Shown here: positions 24,703 to 35,757 of the stretch, piece after piece
How the letters are laid out: each line of letters starts with the position of its first letter
Numbering within the stretch: position 1 is the stretch's first letter
From: Pseudovirgaria hyperparasitica
Taxonomy: Eukaryota
Length of the DNA stretch: 64,000 nucleotides
NCBI GenBank assembly: GCA_010093815.1
Contig: ML996575.1
Strand: one strand, 5' to 3'
Position numbers and translations under genes: made by a program
The notes under the pieces: model-generated
Told to the model about the DNA's origin: nothing
What the model saw: only the letters and a program-made list of their open reading frames with translations
Database searches by the model: none

Positions 24703-25928
24703 TTTGTTATGTGGCGAATTCGGTGAAGATCATCTTTGGAGTTCGTTCAATATCGATTCCTGAACTAGGGACGGGAGTTCTACCTGGGAATACATACGGG
24801 CCACTCAGTCAGCTATGTAAATGTATATCGGATACGTGAAGCCTCGCGGTGGTGAGTGGCAATCCACTGTTCCAAAGATGCAATAATATACGCTTTAACA
24901 CTTCCATGCAACATGAAATCAACTTCTGTTCTGAGAGGCACATGGCACCTGAAAATCTCTATCATCACTGGAAATGGTATTTCTCGTCAATCGCGTATGA
25001 TTATCCTACCTTAGCACATACGGACCAAAGTTTTACATCTGAACCTATAATAGCAATAACCGCGCGTTTCTCTCGTTCAGTCTCTGACGATTGGGACGCG
25101 CCGGAATGGACTAGGAGTGCTAAGAGGAACTAAGAACGAGTTCCATCTTTGACCTGGCAGTGCGTGGGAGTTGCAGAAATGCTAAAGGAATAGTGAAACG
25201 ATTTGTCTGTAATGGTGTTTCACCCTGTTTGCATGCTGTGGAGTGTAACGGCGCCCTGGTTGATGGTTGGTTGGCTGAGTCATTAAGCGCTGTTGACGAA
25301 AATAGCCCGTGTCCAAGATACCTACCTAGCCTAATAAGTAATCCATACTGTAATTAACTCTGATTGATTGGGTATTACAGTATTGGTTATTAATAATATC
25401 AGTGCCTCGTAACCGCTATGACTCCTTCTGCTATAGAGATCATGTGTATGAATATGTGATAACATCCGCATACACCTTAACCTCTACTTTCAATTTCACG
25501 TTAAGCTGAACCTCACCTGCATCCTCATCCGGCCCTGCATCCATCCCTCCAGCCATCCATTCATCTGCATCCTGCTCCTTCCTATCCAGCACTTGTTGTT
25601 CTCTCCAGCGCAAGCCTGTTTTTCACCTCCTCCCGTCTCGAAAACCGCTCGCCCGCTCCCCCACCCTCCCCAACCAGCCTTCACAACGGCTCAACCATCT
25701 CTCCCAAAATCCTCCTCTCATACAAGTACAGCCCCGGCATCACCCAACGCTCTCGCCATCGCCGCGCAACTCACCACCGCCTCTACTATCCTCTGGGATC
25801 CCACTTATACTAGTCGGCCGCCGCCTGGCAACCTCAGGCCTACTCACGCCGGCACTTTGGCCATCGGAAGTCGTACAGATTCGTCAATCAGTGTGAGAAG
25901 TCTTGGTGGTGACCACCAGGTTCCAATT

Positions 25929-26959
25929 ATGGACAAGAGACATCCGAGTTCCTTTCAGCAGCTCGAGAAGCTCGGGGAGGGAACCTACGCGACGGTAGGT
26001 ATTCATTTGGCTCACCATTCACGAAGTTGACAAGATAGGTCTTCAAAGGTCGTAACCGCCAGACTGGCGAGTTTGTCGCCTTAAAAGAGATCCACCTCGA
26101 CAGCGAAGAGGGAACGCCTTCCACTGCGATCCGCGAGATCTCTCTCATGAAAGAGCTGAAGCACGAGAACATCGTCTCTCTCCATGATGTCATACATACT
26201 GAAAATAAGCTTATGCTCGTTTTCGAGTTCATGGATAAGGACTTGAAGAAGTACATGGACTCACGTGGCGATAGAGGTCAACTGGATCCACCAACCATCA
26301 AATCGTTCATGTATCAACTGCTGCGTGGCATTGCATTTTGTCACGAGAACAGAGTGCTACACCGAGACTTGAAGCCACAGAACCTTCTCATCAATACCAA
26401 GGGCCAATTGAAGCTGGCCGACTTCGGTCTCGCGCGGGCATTCGGCATTCCCGTCAATACCTTCTCAAATGAAGTCGTAACTTTATGGTATCGCGCACCC
26501 GACGTCCTCCTGGGTAGCCGAACGTATAACACTAGTATTGATATCTGGTCCGCTGGCTGCATTATGGCAGAGATGTATACTGGGAGGCCACTTTTCCCTG
26601 GCACGACTAATGAGGACCAACTTCAGAAAATTTTCAGATTGATGGGCACACCGTCAGAGCGATCTTGGCCCGGTATCTCTAATTTTCCAGAATACAAACC
26701 CAATTTTCACGTCTATGCGACTCAGAAGCTTCAGAACATCATTCCTCACCTCGAATACGACCAAGTTGGACTTGATCTCCTCAGCAGGATGCTTCAGTTG
26801 CGGCCTGAGCTACGCGTATCCGCACAGGACTCACTGTCGCATCCGTGGTTCAACGATCTGCATCAAAGACAACAGCACCAGTCACAAATGGCGCAGCAAC
26901 AGGCGCAACAAGCACAAATGGGTGGTAGCAATTTTCAAATTCCTCAAGGTGCTTATTAA
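25929..26959 (+). CDS. PHO85: Cyclin-dependent kinase Pho85/PhoA; exons 25929-25994, 26039-26959
   Basis: [71 protein letters not shown]. 44-nt intron; Gln-rich tail. Confidence 0.96.
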
Positions 26960-27293
26960 TGGTTCGAGGTTCATGGCACTCTAGGGCCTTCATGCGGCAG
27001 AATCTATATCGATACCACTTTCAAAGCAGTGTTCAATATTCAATTGTTTCATTCAACTAACTCCTGTATCTAGACCTACGTGAGCGGTACAAACACAGGA
27101 TGGACGAGGCCGCGAAGCATCCTGCATGCTCCGCACATCTTGCGCCAGTAACATCGCCATCAAGACGTCTCACGCGATCAGACAATTCTGAAGATATCGA
27201 TATGGATGTCTTACTTCCCCCAGCAGCTGGGCCATTGAATTTGACGCTGTCTATTGGGTGTCTGACGGAGCCTAAGGAGCTTGTTTTTACGAA

Positions 27294-27800
27294 TCATCGT
27301 GTTTCCATCGTGACTATCTTAGACCATCCCAATACGTTCCTCCCGATGCGGTCATCGCACCGAGCCCCTAAGTTGTCCGCAAAGCCATGCGAAGAGCCAA
27401 TGCCTGACCCATCTTCGGCAAAGACAGAGATACCATTCATGGCAGTTTTAGTACCAGAACAGAGAACAGAGTGTTCGGTGGCTCCCTCAGCGAAGCGGAG
27501 CATGCGGAAAGGATCAGGCCCAAAGCCAGACACAGACGGTACTAGAGTACTAATATTGCTGGACCCTGACGACTTCTTCGCTCGATTGACAAGGCCCCCG
27601 TCGTTAATCACAAGCGTAACTTCGCCAGCGCCGGACGCGACATGTGTGTCCACTGGCACAGGATTGGGAGGGGTCTAGGCAGAAATAGCAGTGGTATTGA
27701 TAGTACTAAAGAACCAAATACGTAAATGCGGAATGGATCTGGCTGTCGTATGGGCTGCAGACACGATGGGCACCTCACCTTTCTTCCAAGGGTCTTTTAA
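27294..27800 (-). CDS. Possible small spliced hypothetical gene (5' end unresolved)
   Basis: A 121-aa minus-strand ORF preceded by an acceptor-like TTTCTGCCTAG and an upstream G|GTGAGG donor. No recognisable motif, and it overlaps a 192-aa plus-strand ORF. Confidence 0.25.
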
Positions 27801-28192
27801 GTAGAAGAGTCAGCGTCTGAGCTAAGTGATTCGGACACAAAGTGCGAACTCCCCCATAAACAGGAAGGAATTACAGCCTTTTGACTGAACGCTACTTCAC
27901 CACGTCTAGGGGAGGGAGCATTACTTCGAGAAACCAGAATGTATACCCCTATCGGTATGTGGTTTGAACAAGTCTGTTATTGTGATGCCCATTTGGTTCT
28001 CGATACTTCGTGTTATAAGGTATTTTCATGCCAGAGACAGGAGAGCATCGAGGAAATTCTTCGGACGAGTGTGAGCAAGTTGTTACTAATGACCAGGTCC
28101 TATGGTTGGGTCATCACGGAAAACACGATAGCAAGCGCAGTAGCAGCGCATGATAATCTTAAAAGGCCCCCCGTAGTTGGAAAGCTAAGTTA

Positions 28193-28435
28193 ACGTACCC
28201 ACTAATAAGCCAACCCACTAATGAGCCAACCCACTAATGAGCCAACCCACTAATGAGCCAACCCACTAATGAGCCAACCCACTAATGAGCCAACCCACTA
28301 ATAAACCACGTGATTTGAGTACGACTCTAAACGCCTATATTAGTAACTATATACTTAAAATAGAGGGAATTTATATAAATAAGCCTTATATACCTTCTTA
28401 GGGACTATCTATCTAGTTTATAGTAATTAAGTCTC
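28193..28435 (+). mobile_element. Truncated left end of a probable Fot1/pogo-type (Tc1-mariner) transposon
   Basis: TA|ACGTACCC... terminus (TA target plus ACGT start, as in several fungal Fot1-like TIRs), internal direct repeats, then ~125 bp of TpA-rich RIP-like sequence. No right TIR found. Confidence 0.55.
28198..28308 (+). repeat. Tandem array of ~7 copies of 16-bp CCCACTAATGAGCCAA
   Basis: Five perfect copies at 28214-28293 flanked by G>A variant copies; no spacers. Confidence 0.95.
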
Positions 28436-28488
28436 TCCTCACCGTGCATCCAGTTCGCCGCCATGCATATCATCTAACAACATTCTTA

Positions 28489-29908
28489 ATGAGAACACCA
28501 GCTCCGTTGAGCCTGTTATATCATGTCAGGCCTCACCTGTACCGTCGATTTCTGTTAGGAGAACAGACACAGCTCTATTCGTGTTCGCCAGCTTCACGCT
28601 GGGACCTTACCACGCATATGGATCTTGTTGACGAAGAATCGTTGTCACACTTTGATCCTTCCCGATATTATCCAGCAAGAATTGGCGACTCGATTGGGAG
28701 TTCTTGCATAATAAGATCCAAGTTAGGATATGGGCGAAGTTCAACTACTTGGCTTTGCCAAGATTTGAAGTAAGCCGGATTTGGAGAGCAATAGCACATG
28801 CTAATTACGAAATAGCAAACACTTCAAAGTCCTGAAGATCTTAACCGCAGATGCTACTTCGCATGAAGCCCAAGCATTGAAGCATATAGAGCAATGTTCA
28901 TCATCCCAGGAACATCCAGGCAAATACTGTGTTCGACGATCTAATCAAATTTTCAGTATTACATCGAACGGCCGAGTACATCAATGCTTTTTATTTGAGC
29001 CGCTAGGAGCAAGTCTACTAGAGTTTACTAAGGCGATTCCGAGGAATTCTTTTGGATCTCATAATGTTCGTTGGATTACTACTTATCTTCTTCACGCAAT
29101 GGATTTCCTCCACTCTAATGGAGTTGTCCATACAGGTGTGTTGAAATCCAGGATTCATTATTCAAGACTGCTGAACTCATAACAGACATTAAATTGGACA
29201 ATATTCAAATGACCCTGCCGAATGACGAGGAGGAGTTTCTAAACTCTTTTATCGCAGCTGAAACACACCACACAAGTTATGTGAAGCAAATCAATAGTGA
29301 CTTACCTATATATCGATCTCGCCAAATGGTCCAAGACGAACTAGGATACCCCATACTCTGCGATCTGGGTTCAGCTGTACTAGGCACCTCATATCACAAA
29401 GGGCTAGCTCAAGCTCTTCCATATCGGGCTCCTGAAGTAATATTTGGTGCAGATTGGAACTCCAAAATCGATGTTTGGAATTTGGGCGTTTTAGTGAGTC
29501 AGATTGGTCTTCTTCGCTCTAATGCTTACATTCCTATTCAGATCTGGGAACTCCTTTTTGGGGAACGTATCTTCGGACAAACAGATGAACTGAGCTCGGT
29601 AAGTCTGATGGTTCAGTATTTAGGTCTTCCTCCGAAGAGCTTCCTTGGTCGTTGCGCCGCATCTCAAGCTTTCTTCGATGAAAAGGGTGAGTCCGTATGC
29701 TACTCGATCTATAAACCCGACAGCTGATGAGGATTAAGGAGACTGGAAGCATGGAGACATCAGCGCCATACATATTGAAGATCGGGTGGAAGCAGAGGCA
29801 ACAATGCCATTGCTTTTCGATTTTATGCGCTGCATGTGGAGATGGGATCCCGACGATCGGATATCAGCAAGTGAGCTTCTCAAGCACCCTTGGTTACACA
29901 CTGGATGA
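28489..29908 (+). CDS. SRPK-like (CMGC) Ser/Thr protein kinase; exons 28489-28769, 28816-29135, 29186-29493, 29542-29686, 29738-29908
   Basis: YYPARIGD, KLGYGRSSTTWL, VLK, VVHT|DIKLDNI, LCDLG, YRAPEVI, IDVWNLG, WDPDDRISASELLKHPW. All four introns are GT-AG and frame-consistent. Confidence 0.88.
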
Positions 29909-30305
29909 CGACTTAAGTAATGGTTCGCTTATGAATTGCTACTCCTTAGGTGTGTACACTTCGTACATGCCCATTCTCTTCTAGAATATTTATGGATATC
30001 TTGATGCGTCTGGAAGAAATTCGAACCGCGCAAGGTGAACCAAACGGTGCTCTACTGCATCTCGAATTCAGCTCACCACCATTCATTCCAGGCTCTCATC
30101 ACCATCAACTCTATTGGCTGCATCTGCGCAAAGATGCCCATAATATAAGCGATGGCAACAATAATATGCATCTTGGAATGGCGATTGCTCAGCGGCGAAA
30201 ATGCGATGACATTAGCTAGGGGACCAGCTGGCATTCCGCAGCGTAAAGAATTCAAATCATCTCAATTCAATTCAAATCGAAGAGGCTTGATTTGCCTCGC
30301 GCAGA

Positions 30306-30500
30306 TTATTCGTCCATCAATGAGTCTACTCTCTCGATCCTAGACTTCTCCTCGTCTGTACTTAGTCTTACCATCCAGTCTCCAAAGCTTCCGAGGGCGC
30401 TGCGAGGTTCGTGCATATGCTGCTTGAAGAAGCCCGTCATCTCTGCTGCGGGAAATTTCGCCTTAGGCACCATCGCAGCAAATTCCGTTCCCATAGCTAT
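30306..30500 (-). pseudogene. C-terminal fragment of a BCS1-like AAA ATPase gene
   Basis: EFAAMVPKAKFPAAEMTGFFKQHMHEPRSALGSFGDWM resembles the AAA lid region of fungal BCS1-like proteins (FA.KIP...FSPAEIQGFLL.HK..P..A.....W). No upstream Walker motifs. Confidence 0.55.
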
Positions 30501-30814
30501 GTATCTTAGTACATGCTATTCTAGGCGATGCTCGATGGTCAGCCCAAAACCACTAGGATACTAATGAAGTCGCTGCACCCGCTCAATCTGATTCCCTAGC
30601 ACGATCTTGGCTAGTGCAGACCACCCCGCGCTGCTGACGCTCTGCTGACGCTCTGCTGACACACCGCTAAAACGGTCAGTATCAGCCAGCCAAGCCAGCA
30701 CTGTGGCTGATGGCTTCTTCGATGCGCCACATACGACTGTCTAGCCTGTCTAGCTCGCGCTGCTACGGCGTACTACTTGAACATCAGATGCAGAAACAGC
30801 CGGCCACTCTGAAC

Positions 30815-31478
30815 CAGACTTCCTATCAATCAGTTCAGTTCAACTTTGGGCCTCTAGTTGAATTGAACTGAAGTACTTCAACTCTTACCATCGTAGAATT
30901 GAACTGGACTGTTAATCCTAGTAGTAGAATTAAAGTTGAACTGGACTAGACTGAAGTATATTAGTAAGATTAGCTAAAAGTCTTAAAGATAGATAAAATT
31001 TAGTATTCTAAGATATTACCTATATAGTAGTTCTTAATATAAGTGAATAATAAGCTTAAAAGAAACTATATTAATATTATTAATATATAGCTATTAGTAT
31101 AGAGACTTTATGTGGTTTTTTACATGAGAGAGTGATAGTAAGTCACGTGTAAATCACGTGACTCGTCACATGACGACTTACATAATGTGCCCGTACAGTC
31201 ACATGATATATCATGTGACGTATCATGTGACGTATCACGTGACGTATCACGTGACTTTCCTCTATTAAATCTAGTCGAATCACCTAACCTTAAGAGGATA
31301 TCCACTAATATACCTATCTATATGTAACTTTAGTTCAACTCAACTATTAGCAACTCAATCCTACCCTAGAATTGAATTGGACTGAAGATCCAACCCTTGG
31401 CAAGAGGCCTCAGTTGAACTGGACTGAGTCAATTCTGGAGAGGCAGAATTGAAGTTGGACTGATTGATAGGAACTCTG
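30815..31478. mobile_element. Non-autonomous hAT-type element (MITE), 664 bp
   Basis: TIRs CAGACTTCCTATCAATCAGT / revcomp CAGAGTTCCTATCAATCAGT (19/20). Perfect 8-bp TSD CTCTGAAC at 30807-30814 and 31479-31486. Subterminal TTGAACTGGACT-type repeats; no transposase ORF. Confidence 0.92.
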
Positions 31479-31608
31479 CTCTGAACACTGCGAGCGTCTC
31501 AGCCTCGCTGCAACATGGAGGCGCTTTACGCAGTATGCAGCTGCCTAACACTCATCGTGCAAACACGGTCTGCTGTTCAACACTCATGCGCACCAGACGA
31601 AACGCGAA

Positions 31609-31776
31609 ATGCGACTGTTGAAGGCAGTAAACGACAGATTCGAGCTGACCTCGTTCCCCAGCGACCGCACTCCTTCCTACGCAATCCTCTCACACACATG
31701 GGGTCGAGGAGAAGACGATGAGGTCATATTCAGCGACATTTCCGATGGCATCACTTCTTGGTTAGGCATCTGCTAA
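31609..31776 (+). pseudogene. 5' fragment of a HET-domain (heterokaryon incompatibility, HET-E-like) gene
   Basis: MRLLKAVNDRFELTSFPSDRTPSYAILSHTWGRGEDDEVIFSDI is the canonical MRLL...YAILSHTWG..EV start of HET-E-like proteins. Similarity ends after ~48 codons; TAA at 31774-31776. Confidence 0.85.
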
Positions 31777-31788
31777 TTGATTCTTCAG

Positions 31789-32534
31789 CCTCACTGGTGC
31801 TGACTTGTGCACCGGCTCGTTCCTCTTCACTACTGTTGCCGTCCTTCAGAAGCGCCTGAGTCCAGTCAAGATGTTGCTGCACTGGTTCATAACTTTTTGG
31901 GGTAATCTCGCTGGTGCACTATTCGTCGTCTCGATTATCTTCGGCTGTAAGTCAAGCTCCGAGTCAAAGTTTCCAGACTCTAAACAGTATCTAACGCGTC
32001 GCAGACGGCAACGTCTTTGCAAAGGACCCCTATCTCACCGAAATCCACAACTTTGTTCGAACCAAGCAAGTTGTTCCTATGTGGCACAACATCTTTCTTC
32101 GCGGGATCGGTTGCAATTGGCTCGTGTGCCTAGGCTGTTTCTTCGGCTTCCAGGCCCGTGACCTCGCATCCAAGATCATCGGCATTTGGTTTCCGATCTT
32201 TGCCTTCGTCGCGCTTGGTTTCGATCACGTTGTTGCTAATATGTTCTTTGTGCCCATGGGAATCTGGTTGAAGACACCTGGTGTCACTGTCAGCCTGTAT
32301 ATCTGGAAAGGTATCATCCCTGCTTTCTTGGGTAACTTGGTTGGTGGTGCGTTGTTCTGTGGTGGGTATTACTGGTGGATGTACCTTGCATTCCAACCTG
32401 AGGTCGAAGTTGATGGTGTCAAATACCAACGAGGGCCAGTCTCTAATGGCATCAGCTTGTTCAGTAAGACAAAGGGTAGCGATGTCGAGAGTAATGCTGG
32501 GTCAACGATCAAAAAGGTTGACCATGCCTTATAA
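31789..32534 (+). CDS. 5'-truncated formate/nitrite transporter (FNT family); exons 31789-31946, 32005-32534
   Basis: LTGADLCTGSF, TFWGNLAG, RGIGCNWLVC, FVALGFDHVVANMFF, LGNLVGG. The reading frame is intact, but the N-terminal exon(s) are not found upstream of the acceptor at 31788. Confidence 0.85.
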
Positions 32535-33552
32535 ACGAGCTGGTCGTACCGGACTCGGCGCTGTTGGAATGCATATCTCTCGGAACGCGAAGAGTACTGA
32601 AGATGCTGCGATATTTACTGACATGCCTTGGACGTTCGACAAGACTTCGATACCCGGGATCTCGCGAGTCCTATGGCTAGACCTCGTGCGCATCAGTATG
32701 AGTGAAACAAGTATGACTGTGACGATCATGATGAGCTTTTGCCATCACACTGCCTTATCTATGTTGTACTCAGAGTCGTACTCCGTATCAGACATATGCG
32801 AAATGTTTTCTTCAGACGTAATGGCATACGAAAGGGGGTAGATGTAGAAATATATATACATGTAATTAGACTTTTGTTTACATCGTGAAACAATACGACT
32901 TCATCCCTTACACTCAAAACCTCGATAAGTACTTACTATTGAGCTTAATGCAGTTAGTAGGTGACGCTAGGGACAGGACCAGGAAGAGAGCAATGAGAAT
33001 AACTAAATAGTTAGCTTGTAGTGGGAAGGATCGCCACGGCCAATTAAACACAATCCATAGACCTATCTTTTACCGTCTATCAGATCAAGGCTAGTAGTGA
33101 CTATACTTCGTCCTATGCGAAATATCCCATTCCCCGGCTCCAAATGTGATATTTGCCCTATTGGGGCCTCCATGGGGTGTCTGGGATGTGTGGTGCAACC
33201 CTGGCTGTGCTCGTATGAGATACGGAGGACGCTCATCGTGTGGTTGGTGTATTGATTGACTGGCCCCGCATCTGTATGCAGCCCCTCACCTGATGGATGG
33301 TACCCACCACGATGCTAATGGTATAAACAGGTTGCCCGCCACGGCGACGAGCGACAAGTCATCAAATCCTCCTTTCTCTTCCAGAAGTCGTACAGACTGA
33401 GTCAATATCACTCTTTTCGACTCGGATTACCTGAGATTCACATCTGCACTTCGTACTGTCGAACAGGCTGAAGCCTTCGAGTCAAGCCACTCCTCAACCA
33501 AACCATCCATACACATATATATACCCTTCGACCCTTTCAAATTCTTACAACG

Positions 33553-33777
33553 ATGTCTCTCATGGTCACATACTCGAGAAGTCGCTCCTTCCAATCACGG
33601 CCGACATCGACAACACCGACGACTCAAGCACCGTCACTGAACACGCCTCAGCAAGTGCGACCTTATGGTATCGATGCTGTGAAAGTGCCCGGCAGCGTCA
33701 TGTCTCGTACATCTTCGACGAGTAGCAGCAATACAAGTAAAGAACAGGGCAGGAAATGGTGGTGGAACTGGTACTAA
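33553..33777 (+). CDS. Putative 74-aa Ser/Thr-rich microprotein
   Basis: TATAAA at 33322-33327, pyrimidine-rich leader, Kozak-like ACAACGATGT, isolated in an otherwise gene-free stretch. Confidence 0.5.
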   Translation: MSLMVTYSRSRSFQSRPTSTTPTTQAPSLNTPQQVRPYGIDAVKVPGSVMSRTSSTSSSNTSKEQGRKWWWNWY

Positions 33778-35757
33778 ATGGCGCTGCGGCGAGGCATCGT
33801 AACGTCGCAAGGTTCTTCGAGATTGGTCCGATGCGATTGTGAGACCCTACAGATTGATTATGGGCACGAGCCGGGCTAGGAGTGTTGACAGTGACATTGA
33901 AGACAGAAAGTTTGAGGGTAAGCGAGTGATTGGCGTTAGTGAATCCACGGGATCTTTTCGTGCAGGTTCCGTAAACAGGCCGGCAACCAAGTCTACTGGT
34001 TTAGACGTTGTATCTACCAATTAGGGGGTTCTATAGGATAAATCCATGACTTAATAAATGGCAATCTCCTTAGGACCGACTTTCTTGAGCTATCCATGAT
34101 GTTCTTCTGTTGTCAAGTGCGATTTCTTGTTGGATAAACTTTCCAAATCGAATGCTGAATTATCGACACACTGATACAATGAAGAAGGCGAATTTACGGG
34201 CCAATCAATTCATCGAGACAAGGCTGTGGCTGTTCTTTGCCGAGCATGTATCCTTGTCGACACCACAAGATACCACCATCCTTTCGCCGATGGATGATGG
34301 ATGCATCATGCACATACACATGCACATCAACCCCTAGCCCTTAACCATCACCCAACAACATATTCCCGACCAAGCACTCAGTCAGCTACACCGACATCGT
34401 CCCCGGCCCGCAGGTGGTCCAAACTGCGTAAAGTCGAATCCGTGGAAGCCTATCAGCGAGCGTTGACCCCACCAGCTCAACGCTCTCCCAGGCGCGACGG
34501 TCCGCAAAGTAGTGTAGTGATGTTGTAAAGCTGAAGCTTCATCCATGACTTACTAAGCGGTGATATACGAGTAATGTCTTCCTGGACGCTGCAGTCTATC
34601 CGAACACAGTCCTTTACATCCACGAGTAATTAGTCAATCCTTGCGCTATCACGCCGAAATCGCCGAAGCCAAGCTCGCTGGGACTGTATTACCCATGTGT
34701 GTAATTAAGGCTAGTCCTGCATGGTACAACTACAATGGTACCCTGGGACAGCTACTGCCGACCAACACATCAGGTTGCTGTACTCAGGATCGACGCAAGT
34801 TGGTGGGATACGGGCTCCTCATATGTCCCCTTCATCCTGTAGCATACTACTGTACAAGAAGGACATACGCAGGTCAGCAAGGTGTGTCTGAGACATGAAT
34901 GCAGCAAGGCGGCAAAGCAGACTCCATCAGGCATCCCACACAAACCGCACAGCACACTCATCGGATGCACCCTACACATCGTACCCGGCCTATCAACGAA
35001 TGGTCATCCAGCCTCCTCGCTTACTTGCAGAGCGTCAAATCTGCAGTGCTGCGTTTCTCACGTCAGTGACTGTTCTGAACTTGCTTCCTTCCACTCAGCT
35101 CATGAAGCATGATTCCCCTCTTGACCCGGTCCACCCAAGGAGTCAGGACGCTCCCTATTCCAGTCGGCTCTCACTCTCCCTCAAAAAGCCGGAAGCACCG
35201 GAGACGCGGTGCTGAGACAACCACTGCACTGTTACCGGCTTGCATACAGCGTAGGAATGGATCTCTCAACGCAATCGAACTATCCGAATGGATGTGAAAA
35301 AGTCACCCGCTGCCTTTATGCTGATATACCATTTCACACTACTAGACTGTTTCTCGTGCTACCCTTGTACTCCTCTCGCTCTGTCTTCCCATGGTAAATC
35401 CTCCCTGCAAGCACAGACACGTCGTGGACTCAGAGATGTGGCAAAACCAGCCAGGGCTGATCCTACACGTTCTCACTGTTGGTGTTACTACTACTACTAT
35501 TGCAGGTGGGTAAAGATTGATAGTTAGCAGCGGTGGCCGGAGACGTTGGTTGGGAAAGCCATTGCTGATCATAGCACTGATCTACGCATTGGACAGATCC
35601 GCCGCGTCGCCTTTGTCGAAATACAACTTTTCATCGCGCCGTTATTCATGCACCGCACCTCTACCCGATACAGACTACGACAACTCAGACTCCACACGCC
35701 TCGCCATGCTCGCTAAACTCAACTCGACTCAACTCAACTCCTGACCTACGACCTTTC

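Noticed and set aside
28198..28308. Repeat array as CRISPR or telomere seed
   Set aside because: Head-to-tail repeats with no spacers, eukaryotic context, and the unit is not TTAGGG-like.
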